From Phoronis australis (lineage: Eukaryota > Animalia > Phoronida): 64,000 nucleotides of DNA. This document shows positions 23,841 through 37,510 of the stretch, one piece after another. A program made the translations under genes and the position numbers. Each line of letters opens with the position of its first letter. Within the stretch, counting starts at the first letter, position 1. The stretch covers positions 307,383 to 371,382 of the forward strand of contig NMRA01000449.1 in NCBI GenBank assembly GCA_002633005.1. Direction: 5' to 3'. The notes under the pieces are model-generated. The model worked only from the letters and a program-made list of their open reading frames with translations. It made no database searches and was not told the origin of the DNA.

Positions 23841-26800
23841 AATATATAAATACACACATACATGTAAATACATAAATACAAACATACACACGAATGCACA
23901 ACTACATACGCATATATACCTACATGTATGAATAAAAATAGTCTGATCTGGGGATATTGAATGTAAGTTAGTTAAATTGATTACTTATAACTCTTTTAAA
24001 GGTTATCAAGAATGATGCAAACTTGGCATCGGAAAGGAGAGTGTTCCATAAATAGGACCCGCTGTAGAAAAAAAAATCAGTTTCGTTTCTGGGTTTCTGA
24101 AGATTGAAGTTGGATGACAATAAGGACCTACATGTAGTGTTGTAGCGAGTAGTAGTGATCATAAACTTAAGTATGCTGGGATAAGACGTTTAAAACATTT
24201 GTACATACAACAGACAGAAAGGAATTTATGTCTCGTGTGTATTTTCATTATTCCAGTCTCCGTATCAAGGTTTTCAATGTTAATATCTCTCACACCAACT
24301 CCCAGAATAATCCTGGCAGCTCTACTTTAGATAACCTGATGGTTTTCATATCCTTGTCTGATGCAACGCCCCACACCGGGAAGGTGAGGCTGAAAGATAG
24401 CATTGAAAAGGGGTTTCAGTGTTACTCTGTTCACATACCCCCATCTGCTCTGAAAACAATACCATTGTAAGTAGCCAATTGATCTCTACAATCCCAATAA
24501 GGCAATGCGATGTGAGGTACTTTGGACCCATGTTCTGGCCAACCATTCAGAATTAATTGCTCTACACACTGCAGTTCGTCATCTTTGCATGTTGCCATAA
24601 CAATTTCATCATGCATACACTGTGCTAGAGTATCAACCATTAGCTCATCATCCATGATAGCATAATTGTTATCACCATTGTGAGGTAATGTACTCAAACA
24701 ATCAGCTAAACCAAGTGTAGTACTTTGTGTACATCAAATTGAATGAGTATGGTTTAGGTTCAGCATCATTCTTTAAATTCTCATCGGAGACATGTCTATT
24801 AGCTTCTAAAACAACGTCTGTTAAAGCTTATGGTCTCATTTAATTGTGAATTCGGACAAACCACAAATCAACTTGTAGAAGCGAATGCACCCAAAACATG
24901 CAGCTAACATCTATTTGAGCGTAACGCTGTTCTGTTGCTATATGCTAGCGTCCTAGAGGCATAAGGAACAATGCCATCCTCCTGAACCACTGCTGCGCCT
25001 AATCACTTGCATTGGTGATAGCGTCTACTCAACAATTAATGCAATTGGTTTGTTGACATCTACGTATTTTAATACAGGGGTGTTACACAAAGCTTTCTTG
25101 ATATCTGAAAAGTCTTTTGATTCTGCCTCGTCCCACTTCCAAGAGCCTCCATTTTTCATTTCACGCAATGGAGCAACAATCAATTGACTCAAATTTGGGA
25201 AAATCAAGTGGACACATATGCAATCATTCCTAACGCTGACTGCAGTTCTTGCTCATTGATTGGTTCTGACATATTAACAATAGCCTGAATTCTCTCCAAG
25301 GATGGTTTACACCATCGACAGTAAAACATGACCCACGTAACTAACTCGGAGTTGACAAATCCTAATTTTATTTAGATTCAGTTTTGATCCTTATTTTTTT
25401 GGCTTTATCAAGTTCAGCTGTGTCATTGAGTCACTCATCATGTTCTTGAGGTGTTTTGCCGTAAATCAGAATATCGTGCATCAACATTTTTACTCCCGAA
25501 GTATGACCAAACATATTTTGCATAGCCCATTGATGAATTTCTGGGAAACTTTTCAAGCACATGAGCAGTCTAAGAGGTCTGTACCTCCCAAATAAATGCT
25601 GCATGATTAGAATTTTTCTCACTCAGTCTGATTTGGTAATAACACTTGTTTGCATCAATTACACTGAAAATTTTAATCCCGTGTAATCTGGTTACAGTAT
25701 TGCCAATTGAACTTATCTCATTTTCTGGTGTTCACGCAAAATAACTTTATTTAAGCTATACGGATCAATGCAACAACAACCTGACACGTACTAATGGTGA
25801 CACCCATGGTATTGGCTCAGTGGTAATGCCACACTTTTCTAAATGGTCTAGATCCACTTTTACCTGCTCTCTGATGCCAGCTGGAACTGGTCTGGGAGGG
25901 TGAACTACTGGCGGTATACAAGAATAGACATGAATGTCATAGTCACCTGGAATACACCCAATCGATTCTTCAAAACACATCACTGTATTTTCTCACAAAG
26001 GAATCGTGATTTGCATTTTGCTTCTGAGAGTCGATTTCAAACACTCTCTGGACTGCATTTAATTTCACACTGTCATCACGTCTTAACAAATGTACTTGTT
26101 TCTTGTTGTCCAATACAAGAACCTCTAGCATGTGTCTTTGATATGAACAGTGGTCAGTATAATGTTACCATATGCTTTCTGTGGTTTACATGAATACCAT
26201 TAGTCATAACATAGCTAACTTTCTCAGTGTAGCTAGTGACAGTACATTTGCAATGTGAAAAAGTGTTTGTTGTTAAGGATAAGTGTGACTTACCGACTTC
26301 TACTGCGACATTCTAATCTTCAAAATTTGTGCGTGCGAGCGTAAATCAAATTTATACCGAAAATATCTTTATACTGCATTGTTCCATCGTTTTGTTGTCA
26401 TTTCGTCCTCCTTACTTGTGTACATTTGCGTGTCCTCCTCGGTGAATCCCGTTGTGATTCCTACCACGATTTCCTCTGTGGTTGTCGTGCTTTCTGTATT
26501 GTCTTCTATGCTGATGGTTGTGGTGTTGCTGTCTAGATCTCTGTTGAGATGTCTGTTTTCCTGTGCAAATTTTCGAGTTTGCAAAATGGCCAAAACTGCA
26601 ACAAGCGTGACATGTTTTGCCTTAGGCAGGGCAGTTGTCCTCGAAATGCGTTCGCGTGCATTTGTTACAAAACATCTTGTGCCTTTTGTGACACACGTTG
26701 TCCTCAGGTTGTTTTTCAGGTGCTGTTGAGACGGTTCAGAGGCGCGATAAATTTTGATCACACTCTCCAAAGTGTGTTCATCTACTTCCAAGTCTAAAAG

Positions 26801-27492
26801 CTTCAATTTGATGCGAATGTCACGGACACCATAGACAATTCTGTCACAGACTAATGCGTCCCTAATGTCACCGATGTCACATCCCTTTACACAATGCTAA
26901 AATCTGTAACAAAAGCCATAAGTGACTCACCACCTTCTGGTTAGGTTCTGAAAAAGCTTGTCGGCAAATATTGCGGCATTTCATACGACCGTTCGTCAAA
27001 ACAGGCCAATACGCAGTATTTAAATTTGTCCTCTGGCGATAAATCAAACGTGTTGTATAGTATGACGACATCTGATCGAACAAGGTGCAGTGAAATATTG
27101 ACCTTCTGTTTTCCATACGCATCCTCAAGTCCGCTTGCGACCAGGTAAATGTCAAATCTGCACTGGCTCCAACTTTCCCCTGTTTTGTCAGATTCAAGTT
27201 GCACACACGGTTCTAGCGGGCTCAAGCCTAACTTAGCAGCCATTGTATGCAGTAATCAGCCACCGAAAAAATCCCACTCTGACACCATGCAATGTCGTGT
27301 AGAGAGAGGAGTGAGGAAGATGTTTTTACTCGGTAGTACTTTATTGCGGGCTAACTACTGCACAACAACATGTTTTTGCAATGCACAAGACCACATGCAT
27401 ATGAGTCACATTTCATAGAAATGTATGGCAAGAGTTAATTAACTGTGCCATGTAAGGTAAGTGTAGTTCCAATAAAACATAATACTTTTACA
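22866..27492 (-). mobile_element. Decayed Gypsy/Ty3 LTR retrotransposon (Mag-like), copy 1
   Basis: 5' LTR 27288-27492 (TG..CA), tRNA-Leu PBS 27271-27287, gag (FDIYLVASG..LHL..YNTF), RT (PWVSPLV, MHDILIYG), RNase H, integrase zinc-finger relic (VWPGMNEQIEDMINRC), purine tract next to the truncated 3' LTR 22866-23014; many stops and frameshifts. Confidence 0.9.
23411..24445 (-). mobile_element. 5'-truncated CR1/L2-like LINE nested in the Gypsy pol, with internal (TACA/TA)n microsatellite
   Basis: ORF2 C-terminal relics (PVWG; FFYSGSYLWNTL), (AATA)n tail at ~23411-23437; it splits Gypsy pol between GIVFR and IPTTLR. Confidence 0.65.
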
Positions 27493-29090
27493 AAAACAAA
27501 GTAGTATCCGTTATGAGATTATATTGTTCGATTAGCCATGCAACATCACTTTTCATTTTAACTTAAGAGTTTGTCTGATGTCAAATGTCGCTATTAGTGA
27601 GCTGACCAATTAGACATGAAAATCAGTCAAATGAAGAGATCTGAGAAAAGAAACATGAACGCAGGTTGTATGATGAAACAAATACAGATGGACTTCATGC
27701 GAATATCAGGTTTCATGGACCTCGGCCTGAACAACTGTTTACAAATCATGAAGTTGCTCTCGTGATTTGTCTATATTTGTATAGTATACGGACCACCAAC
27801 TCCGTATATCTTCAACAGACGAAATCTGTGATCTTACGCATAAGCAGTGGGGTCTCTATTCACAAGCGACACATGGCAGACATAGCACGTTTTACTTCCT
27901 GCAAGTGCGTCGTCTGCTAATCATGGTCATTTTGTCGGGATTTAGATCGGCGACTTTGCCGAACTTGTATCAGTGCTTAAATACTACAACAGCAGTTTAC
28001 ATACTCCACGGGAGTTTCATTTTAAAGCTCTAATGCACGCCGGTGCCGCTCAAAATTTCTAGAATCTTCTATTGGAAGACCTTGAACAGCGTTTCAATGC
28101 CGGAATCATTTTTTCGTTGTCACAATACACTAACCGGAAGCTGAGTTTGCTATGTTTAGAGGGTGGCACCTCCTTTAGGATATTACGCAAGAAAATGTCG
28201 GAGTTGCGAAACTGTTGTCTATAACCTATGGTAAAACAAAACATTTATTTCTAGAAATCAATCAAGTCAGTGGCATCACTTGGATTTTGAATGTTTTCAT
28301 CTAAGGTAGCACCTTTATTAACCATCCGTATTATTAAGGTTCACTTAAAAAGTCGTGAAGAATACAATTGCCATGTAGCCGTATCAAATGTAGTTCGTTT
28401 TAATTGAATGTAGGCTACTGTACCTACACCTAAACAACCTTTATGTTCAATATGAATTTATTGGTTCCACTGAAATCGATTTGAAAATGTGACATTAAAG
28501 TAGTTATCAGATCTTAATATACTGCTACGTCAAGCCAAGAGATGTTACTAGCCTATGTTTAATTGGACAACAGTGAAGTTTTTATGCGCTCATGTTTTCC
28601 AAGATGTCTTCCATCTCCATTAATATGTCTGCAGTTGTAGGCCGTTTTTCNAGACACCTCGATGACGATTCCCAGTTCACCTGAAAGAAACATTTGCATA
28701 TCAGCGAATTAACTTTGAACAAGTGTAACCATTCATGACAAAATCTTCAGTAATAGAATTATATCAAGGATAGATACCATTGCTTTCCGACGTGAACGAA
28801 ACGTGACGGTGTGTATCTGTGTTAATTAGAGATTCTGCAACGTTTTGTTCAACCAGGCTTCAGCTGAGAATGCACTCGGATATGATGTGCACGGTAGAAG
28901 AACGTGACGTTTCAAAATTCCCATGGTAACGGAAGTGGACAATAAAGTCTATGACATCTTTTTCTTTCTGATACTAAGTGAGTCCGTTTTTATTTATTTC
29001 GGCTCCTATGTACTGAGTATTTAACTGCGTGCTCTTTTAAGTCTTCTGATATCTAACACATCAAGACAATATCGATATCTTTCATTTCAG

Positions 29091-29302
29091 TTGTTCCGTT
29101 GGCATTACTGGCCAAAGGTCACAACCATACACAGGCACGCTATTTAGACAAACTCACCAAACCGATTTTCTTAACACTGCCCGTCGCCACTGCTGTTGCC
29201 GTGATTTCCTTTATTGTTGCTATCGTAACATGGTTGGTGATGAATATAAAGTACAGAGTACAGGAAGCGGATGATATAAAAATAGTTCCTACGGTTTACT
29301 GA
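29091..29302 (+). other. Second copy of the TM terminal exon of TSP1 gene B
   Basis: Same acceptor and near-identical peptide (one I/L change) within the duplicated segment. Confidence 0.85.
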
Positions 29303-29775
29303 CGATGGACTCGTTACGGGTAAAATCGTCGCCTAACTTAACATCAAGTTTCGCAAGTGATATCGTTATTTTCTGACTGGTACTGATGCGAAAGAGGGAT
29401 GCTTTAAATTATAGAAACGTAATTAACTATTCAAAAGCTTTGTTGTCTGTTTTAGTTCATTTGATTCGCACATTGTATATTATTTCACATTACAATTTCT
29501 GTTACTTCTGTCCTCTGATTTTTTGAAACACGGTGCAGCTAGTTGGATAACAATATCATGTATGTTATCCTCGCTCCGTCCATATGAAATGATATCGCTG
29601 TGGGGATCGCTTCATGTTTCGATCACTGTTGCTCCGTTTTTTTTCCCATTCCTTGTCTCCCCTTGTTGTCATGTTCTGATTAGTCAGATCACAAACGGCG
29701 AAATCTGACCTGAGTCCTCCGGGCGGCAAGAGTGGAAAGAAATATTCCTCACTAAGTTAGCCAATACCATACCAT

Positions 29776-32700
29776 ACAACAACATGTTTTGCACTGCACA
29801 AGACCACTTGCATATAAGTCACATTTCATAGAACTGCTTTGCAAGAGTTCAAAAAGAAACCATTCTAAATAATTTTGCCATATAAGGTAAGCGTAGTTCC
29901 AGTAAAAACTACAATAATATTACATCTCTTGTTGTTTGAAAAGCAAGAAAGTAGCTTAAACAAAACTAAATCAACAACTGTTCACCTTAATAAACAAATT
30001 ATCATCCTAACAGATCTTTTACTCAACAAGACTATCAGCTGTGAATCACGAATAATAATCTCCAATCAACAGGTAGTGTTTATTACCATATCCAAACAAA
30101 ACACATACAACCGTGTTCCATGAAAGAAGGTTTGTCAAACAATTTCATCGGCTTTCTTGGCTGGAAGCTCCGATGTTTCAAACAACACATCTGCTAATCA
30201 TATCTTCAGCTTGCTAGTTCATACCCGGACAAACTATTATATCACGAGGTCTTTATTTTGTCCGTGTCTTTCCCGTATATGATTGGTGTAGCATACCTGT
30301 GCATACGAAGTGTAGTGGGAATTCGCTTATTCATTTATTTATTTATTTATTTATGTGACATTTACAATGAGGGTATCCCCATCAGTTCACACTGCTTTCC
30401 ATGGGGCCCTCAGTAAAAACATACACACAGTAAGACAAACTAACAGAGTTACAAAATAAAAGGCAATATTTAAATAATCAGCAAAGAATAAGAAATTAAC
30501 ATGGAAAGATCGATGAAACAAAATAAAAAAATAAAACATGATAAATAGAAGATAATAAAAATAAGACAAGATGATTAACTAACATATAAATATTAATATT
30601 TAATAAAACAACAACAATGCCATCCTCCTGAACCACTGCTGCGCCTAATCACTTGGTGATAGCGTCTACTCAACAATTAATGCAATTGGTTTGTTGACAT
30701 CTACGTATTTTAATACAGGGGTGTTACACAAAGCTTTCTTGATATCTGAAAAGTCTTTTGATTCTGCCTCGTCCCACTTCCAAGAGCCTCCGTTTTTCAT
30801 ATCATGCAATGGAGCAACAATCAATTGACTCAAATCTGGAAAAAATCTGGACACATATGCAATCATTCCTAACGCTGACTGCAGTTCTTGCTCATTGATT
30901 GTTTCTGACATATTAACAATAGCCTGAAATCTCTCCAAGGATGGTTTACACCATCGACGGTAAAACATGACCCACGTAACTAACTCGGAGTTGACAAATC
31001 TTCATTTTGTTTAGATTCAGTTTTGATCCTTATTCATGGCTTTGTCAAGTTCAGCTGTGTCAGTGAGTCGCTCATCACGTTCTTGAGGTGTTTTGCCGTA
31101 AATCAGAATATCGTGCATCAAAATTTTTACTCTCGAAGTATGACCAAACATATTTTGCATAGCCCATTGATGAATTTCTGGGAAACTTTTCAAGCACACG
31201 AGCAGTCTAAGATGTTTGTACCTCCCAAATAAATGCTGCATGATTAGAATTTTTCTCACTCAGTCTGATTTGGTAATAACCCATGTTTGCATCAATTACA
31301 CTGAAAATTTTAATCCCGTGTAATCTGGTTACAGTATTGTCAATTGAACTCATTTTCTGGTGTTCAGGCAAAATAACTTTAGTTAAGCTATACGGATCAA
31401 TGCACAACCTGACACCCATGGTATTGGCTCAGTGGTAATGCCACACCTTTCTAAATGGTCTAGTTCCACTTTTACCTGCTCTCTGATGCCAGCTGGAACT
31501 GGTCTGGGAGGGTAAACTACTGGCGGTATACAAGAATAGACATGAATGTCATAGTCACCTGGAATACATCCAATCGATTCTTCAAACACATCACTGTTGA
31601 GTATTTTCTCACAAAGGAATCGTGATTTGCATTTTGCTTCTGAGAGTCGATTTCAATCACTCTCTGGACTGCATTTAATTTCACACTGTCATCACGTCCT
31701 AACAAATATACTTGTTTCTTGTTGTCCAATACAAGAAACTCTAGCATGTGTCTTTGATATGAACAGTGGTCAGTATAATTTTACCATATGCTTTCTGTGG
31801 TTTCCATTAATACCATTAGTCATAACATAGCTAACTTTCTCAGTGTAGCTAGTGACAGTACATTGCAATGTGAAAAAGTGTTTGTTGTTAAGGATAAGTG
31901 TGACTTACCGACTTCTACTGCGACATTCTAATCTTCAAAATTTGTGCGTGCAAGCGTAATTTAAATTTATATCGAACATATCTTTATACTGCATTGTTCC
32001 ATCGTTTTGTTGTCATTTCGTCCTCCTTACCTGTGTACATTTGCGTGACTGTCCTCCTCGGTGAATCCCGTTGTGATTCCTACCACGATTTCCTCTGTAG
32101 TTGTAGTGCTTTCTGTATTGTCCTCTTCTATGCTGATGGTTGTTGAGACGGTTCAGTAGCGCGATAAATTTTGATCACACTCTCCAAAGTGTGTTCATCT
32201 ACTTCCAAGTCTAAAAGCTTCAATTTGATGCGAATGTCACCATAGACTATGATGTCACGGACACCATAGACAATTCTGTCACAGACTAATGCGTCCTCTA
32301 ATGTCACCGATGTCACATCCCTTTACACAATGCTAAGATCTGTAACAAAAGCCACAAGTGACTCACCACCTTCTGGTTACGTTCTGAAAAAGCTTGTCGG
32401 CAAATATTGCGGCATTTCATACGACCATAATGTTCGTCAAAACAGGCCAATACGCAGAACTTAAATTTGTCCACTGGCGATAAATCAAACGTGTTGTATA
32501 GTATGACGACATCTGATCGAACAAGGTGCAGTGAAATATTGACATTCTGTTTTCCTTACGCATCCTGAAGTCCGCTAATTGCGATCAGGTAAATGTCAAA
32601 TCTGCACTGGCTCCAACTTTCCCGTTTTGTCAGATTCAAGTTGCACACACGGTTCTAGCGGGCTCAAGCCTAACTTAGCAGCCATTGTATGCAGTAATCA

Positions 32701-32934
32701 GCAACCGAAAAAATCCCACTCCTGACACCATGCAATGTCGTGTAGAGAGAGGAGTGAGGAAGATGTTTTTACTGGGTAGTACTTTATTGCAGGCTAACTA
32801 CTGCACAACAACATGTTTTTGCAATGCACAAGACCACATGCATTTGAGTCACATTTCATGGAAATGTATGGCAAGAGTTAATTAACTGTGCCATGTAAGG
32901 TAAGTGTAGTTCCAATAAAAATAATACTTTTACA
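29776..32934 (-). mobile_element. Decayed Gypsy element, copy 2 (with deletions)
   Basis: Collinear with copy 1; 18-nt PBS TGGTGTCAGGAGTGGGAT (32713-32730) matching the 3' end of tRNA-Leu(CAG); RT motif VRLCIDP...FSVIDANMGYYQI. Confidence 0.9.
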
Positions 32935-34023
32935 AAAACAAAGTAGTATCCGTTATGAGATTATATTGTTCGATTAGCCATGCAACATCACTTTTCATTT
33001 TAACTTAAAAGTTTGTCTGATGTCAAGTGTCGCTATTAGTGACCTGACCAATTAGACATGAAAATCAGTCAAATGAAGAGATCTGAGAAAAGAAACATGA
33101 ACGCAGGTTGTATGATGAAACAAATACAGATGGACTTCATGCGCATATCAGGTTTCATGGACCTCGGCCTGAACAACTGTTTACAAATCATGAAGTTGCT
33201 CTCGTGATTTGTTTATATTTGTATAGTATACGGACCACCAACTCCGTATATCTTCAACAGACGAAATCTGTGAGCTTACGCATAAGCAGTGGGGTCTCTA
33301 TTCACACGCGACACATGGCAGACATAGCACGTTTTACTTCCTGCAAGTGCGTCGTCTGCTAATCATGGTCATTTTGTCGGGATTTAGATCGGCGACTTTG
33401 CCGAACCTTTATCAGTGCTTAAATACTACAACAGCAGTTTACATACTCCACGGGAGTTTCATTTTAAAGCTCTAATGCACGCCGGTGCCGCTCAAAATTT
33501 CTAGACTCTTCTATTGGAAGACCTTGAACAGCGTTTCAATGCCGGAATCATTTTTTCGTTGTCACAATACACTAACCGGAAGCTGAGTTTGCTATGTTTA
33601 GAGGGTGGCACCTCCTTTAGGATATTACGCAAGAAAATGTCGGAGTTGCGAAACTGTTGTCTATAACCTATGGTAAAACAAAACATTTATTTCTAGAAAT
33701 CAATCAAGTCAGTGGCATCACTTGGATTTTGAATGTTTTCATCTAAGGTAGCACCTTTATTAACCATCCGTATTATTAAGGTTCACTTAAAAAGTCGTGA
33801 AGAATACAATTGCCAAGTAGCCGTATCAAATGTAGTTCGTTTTAATTGAATGTAGGCTACTGTACCTACACCTAAACAACCTTTATGTTCAATATGAATT
33901 TATTGGTTCCACTGAAATCGATTTGAAAATGTGACATTAAAGTAGTTATCAGATCTTAATATACTGCTACGTCAAGCCAAGAGATGTTACTAGCCTATGT
34001 TTAATTGGACAACAGTGAAGTTT

Positions 34024-35331
34024 TTATGCGCTCATGTCTTCCAAGATGTCTTCCATCTCCATTAATATGTCTGCAGTTGTAGGCCGTTTTTCCGGCTGTC
34101 GGTCAGTACAGCACATAATGATGTCAGACAAATGGAACAGGTCATGTTTTTGCACCGCTTCGTTCAAGCACACGGCGAGAGAGTAGATGTCGCTTGCTTG
34201 GCTGACGTATTCGCCAGCTACGACCTCCGGTGCTGCCGCTGGGTGTAACACTATCCACTTGCTCGCATCGATGGTTTCCATGTCGAAATTGTAGGGATCA
34301 TCTGTCGTCGTGCTCTGTCCGAAGTCAATCAGATAAGGCTTCCAGCGACCTTCCTGCCATCTTATTATTATGTTGTTTGACTTGATGTCCCCGTGAATAA
34401 TGTTTTGTCCATGAAGTGCATCAAGCGATTTGACCAACTCGTAGCACATTTGCATCCATTGCGCAGGCGCCAGTTTGAAGCCCTGTTTCAGAAACTTTTG
34501 AAAGGTAAGACTTTCTTTTGTTGAAGAGCTCCCAAGGAATTCGAGTATTAAGGCATTCATAGGCCCATGCGCTTTGGTTCTTGTGACACCGTACAACTGC
34601 GGCGTATAGCCACTAAACTTCATTTTCACTAATACCGCAACTTCATTTTCAAAGTCTCGCTGATCAAAGTTGTCTTTGAACTCCTTAAGGATGCATAGAC
34701 CTTCTTCGCCCTTGGGTAAACCGATCTTTAATCTGCATAGATATACGATAGCTAACGTACCGGTACCCATGCGAATACGCCTTTGTTTTTCATCTTTTAG
34801 AACAACTAGGGCATTGCTTTCTAATATAGGCACTCCGTGTAGAAACTTGTCTTTGTTCATCAAGAATCGCCTTGAAGCTGGTTGATTAGAACTGTTTATG
34901 GCATTCTTCCTGCGAGTATTTGCTCCCTGGGCACGCTTTTGTATCCGACTTCCTAAACTTCCGCCATCTATTCTCACTGTCAAGTCAGACTGTGTAACTT
35001 GGTTCCCGAACGTCTGTTGTTTCTGGTTCTTACTGAACTGGTAGAGTGGTCTTGGAATTCGTGTATCCGAGTACGGTCGCTGTGATCTCAATCCAGAGGC
35101 AGACTCGGACTGTAACTGCGACGTTCGGTGCATTCGCCTTGGGATGTCATCTCTAACCATATATCGTGGTCCACGAGGAATACGGCTTCGCATTGCCTCC
35201 CCCTGCCCGTCGCGTGACGATAGATGTTCACTGGCCTTATTCTCATCACCTCCAACCTCGTCAGTATTCTTTCCATCTGCATTGGCAAAAACTTTCCTGT
35301 TTACATCCGACGAATCAATCAGCTCCGACTG
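34024..35331 (-). CDS. Divergent non-RD Ser/Thr-type protein kinase, terminal exon
   Basis: GTGTLA loop, CILK, alphaC Glu (FENEV), HGDIKSNN, DFG, AAPE, DIYSL, RP; acceptor ttttcag|CAG at 35331; low-complexity basic N-terminal part. Confidence 0.85.
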   Translation of the reverse strand, partial: QSELIDSSDVNRKVFANADGKNTDEVGGDENKASEHLSSRDGQGEAMRSRIPRGPRYMVRDDIPRRMHRTSQLQSESASGLRSQRPYSDTRIPRPLYQFSKNQKQQTFGNQVTQSDLTVRIDGGSLGSRIQKRAQGANTRRKNAINSSNQPASRRFLMNKDKFLHGVPILESNALVVLKDEKQRRIRMGTGTLAIVYLCRLKIGLPKGEEGLCILKEFKDNFDQRDFENEVAVLVKMKFSGYTPQLYGVTRTKAHGPMNALILEFLGSSSTKESLTFQKFLKQGFKLAPAQWMQMCYELVKSLDALHGQNIIHGDIKSNNIIIRWQEGRWKPYLIDFGQSTTTDDPYNFDMETIDASKWIVLHPAAAPEVVAGEYVSQASDIYSLAVCLNEAVQKHDLFHLSDIIMCCTDRQPEKRPTTADILMEMEDILEDMSA

Positions 35332-37510
35332 CTGAAAATGGAAAATCAGCAGAAAATTTGACACGCGACCATTCCAAATACCTTTAAGTAGTAGGAATAT
35401 AAAACCCCGCATCTAGAAATTCTGTAACCATGACGCTATTAGCCAAAATGTATTTAATAATTCATAAAGATACTCGTCGTTTACTCACACAATTTTTGTT
35501 AAAGGTATATTTCAATAAGTTTTACTTCAGTCACAGAACATCCAATAATAAAACAAGACCAATGAACCACTGAATTCTTGATTTAAATGTTTAGTATGCG
35601 GTATTCTGAATGGAGTTCTTAGTTGTTATTTTGGCTAAATAAACGGCATTATTCTTATTTCCAACTTACTACGGCGGTATACTCCTTCGGCGGCTGAAAC
35701 TTACCAGCAAGTTAATGAGCCTGGTCTGAACCAACAGTCAGATCTTTTCCAACTTAGAAACCATTTCTACTAGTATGAGTAAAGGACAAGATGGGACCCA
35801 TTTTGTATTGGTAAGTGTCCATGATCAATTGTTTTTGACAAGAAGGGGAGAGTCAATACACTCACACTTCTTGTCAAAACCTATTCTGCTATAAACTTAC
35901 TCTTGTAAAATTTACTTCGTCATGTTTTTTACTCAGACTTTAGATGCTGTACTCGGGTAGTCCGTTTTCCCTTATGAAAAACGTATCAAGCACACGACAC
36001 TGTTGTTGACTGTGTTTATTCCATTCCGTTTGTATCCTCGGAACAAAGTTGGACATTCAACTCTACACTTGTTTGTGTACCCCATCCATTTGCCATTTCA
36101 CACCTGCAGTGTCCTATTGTCTATTGTTTCTGTTCTGTTGTGGTAGTACTGCTTCTTTTTATTTCCACTTGAGAATGAAACACGAGCATTTCGAAATATC
36201 GTGTGTCTTCTAATTACGTCTCTTGGTCAGTTACTTTACCAAAGTTCTGTTGAATGTCGAGGGTACGAACGTAATGAAATAAAGATAGTCCACAACGACA
36301 ATTGTCGTGTCTTTAACAAGATTACAAATGATGCGTGTACATAAGGAGATCTGGTCGGTCGCGATTGCTTCAGATGAGGCTCATTAAATTATCTGTCATG
36401 GCCCAGCGGCTGGTCACAGCTGCACAAGGTCTATCACAGAATTCCCATGTCATCTATTGCAACCAATTAAAACAAAGAATAAGAGTGAAACAATGTTGCC
36501 ATGGAAGAACAAATGCAACAGTAAAGAAATTTGGTGTTTAAACACTGTCCGATAATCAATGGAGTCGGTCTTGATTTTACTGGATTTGTTTGGAACTACC
36601 AGGTTTTGAGATAAAACAACGTCGGCCAGCACATCCTTTTAAGTGTTTTGTGGTTTTCACGGAGGGCTGTCCCATGTGAGGTCGAGTCTCCCACTTGATG
36701 TCCTAGATCCACAAGTGATGCTTCTATTATGTTAGTCAGTAACCACAAGCATCGGATTAGCCACTTGATTTTGCCTGTCAGTGACACTCCAGGACCGAAC
36801 TCCATTGAACGAAAGACATAACTTAATTGCTGCGAAGACTCTATGCTTATGGAATTGAAACCGTGAATAAATCCCAAAATTCAACACTCTAGCCTCGCCT
36901 ATGAAGCATCCCAGTGGCCGCCATTTTTCTAGGACAGTCTACTGAGCTCGCGAACTTACTTGAGAAGCGAAATACTTTGCAAAGCGAAATATCACGCGTG
37001 AGGTCTACTAAACGCGCACCGCCACCAGCTCAAAATCCAGGTGCCATGTGACAGATCTTGGTGACGAAAATGTGCAAGCAATAAATGCTTGATTTATAAG
37101 TAAACTGACAGATTTCTCATTAGCATGTCGCTGACCCAAAAGGTTTAACTAAAGCAGCATTTCGCGTTGATCTGCTACTAGCTAAAAGCGAAAATCCAAC
37201 TGAACTTTTAGTCGCAAAAATATTTCTCATAGTAGTGCTGGTAGAGATAAAATTCCACGTTTTATTTCCAAGTCATAAGCAATGCCTATATGCGCCATTT
37301 TGTATACAGAATTTCGGGGTTGACTAAACCCAATGAACTCTAAGGCATTTTGTTGAGTCAATGGTGGTTTTGAGAATCTTGTTGGAATCTGAAACAGAAT
37401 GCTAAGAATCATGCGGCCGATTATATAATATTAAAATTGCCTAACTTGATAACCGTTTGAGCCTGCTCAACATGACAAAGTGCAATGTTTAGTTTTCATA
37501 GTTCTACTCA

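Larger units (their letters stand above)
20820..34092 (+). repeat. Apparent tandem duplication (20820-28650 and 28652-34092) joined at a single N
   Basis: The copies are collinear and highly similar, differing by substitutions and indels (Kolobok insertion, ~1.27-kb deletion); copy 1 ends abruptly inside the kinase 3' end at n28651. Confidence 0.9.

Noticed and set aside
23709-23891. MYVC-repeat ORF
   Set aside because: Translation of a (TACA)n microsatellite.
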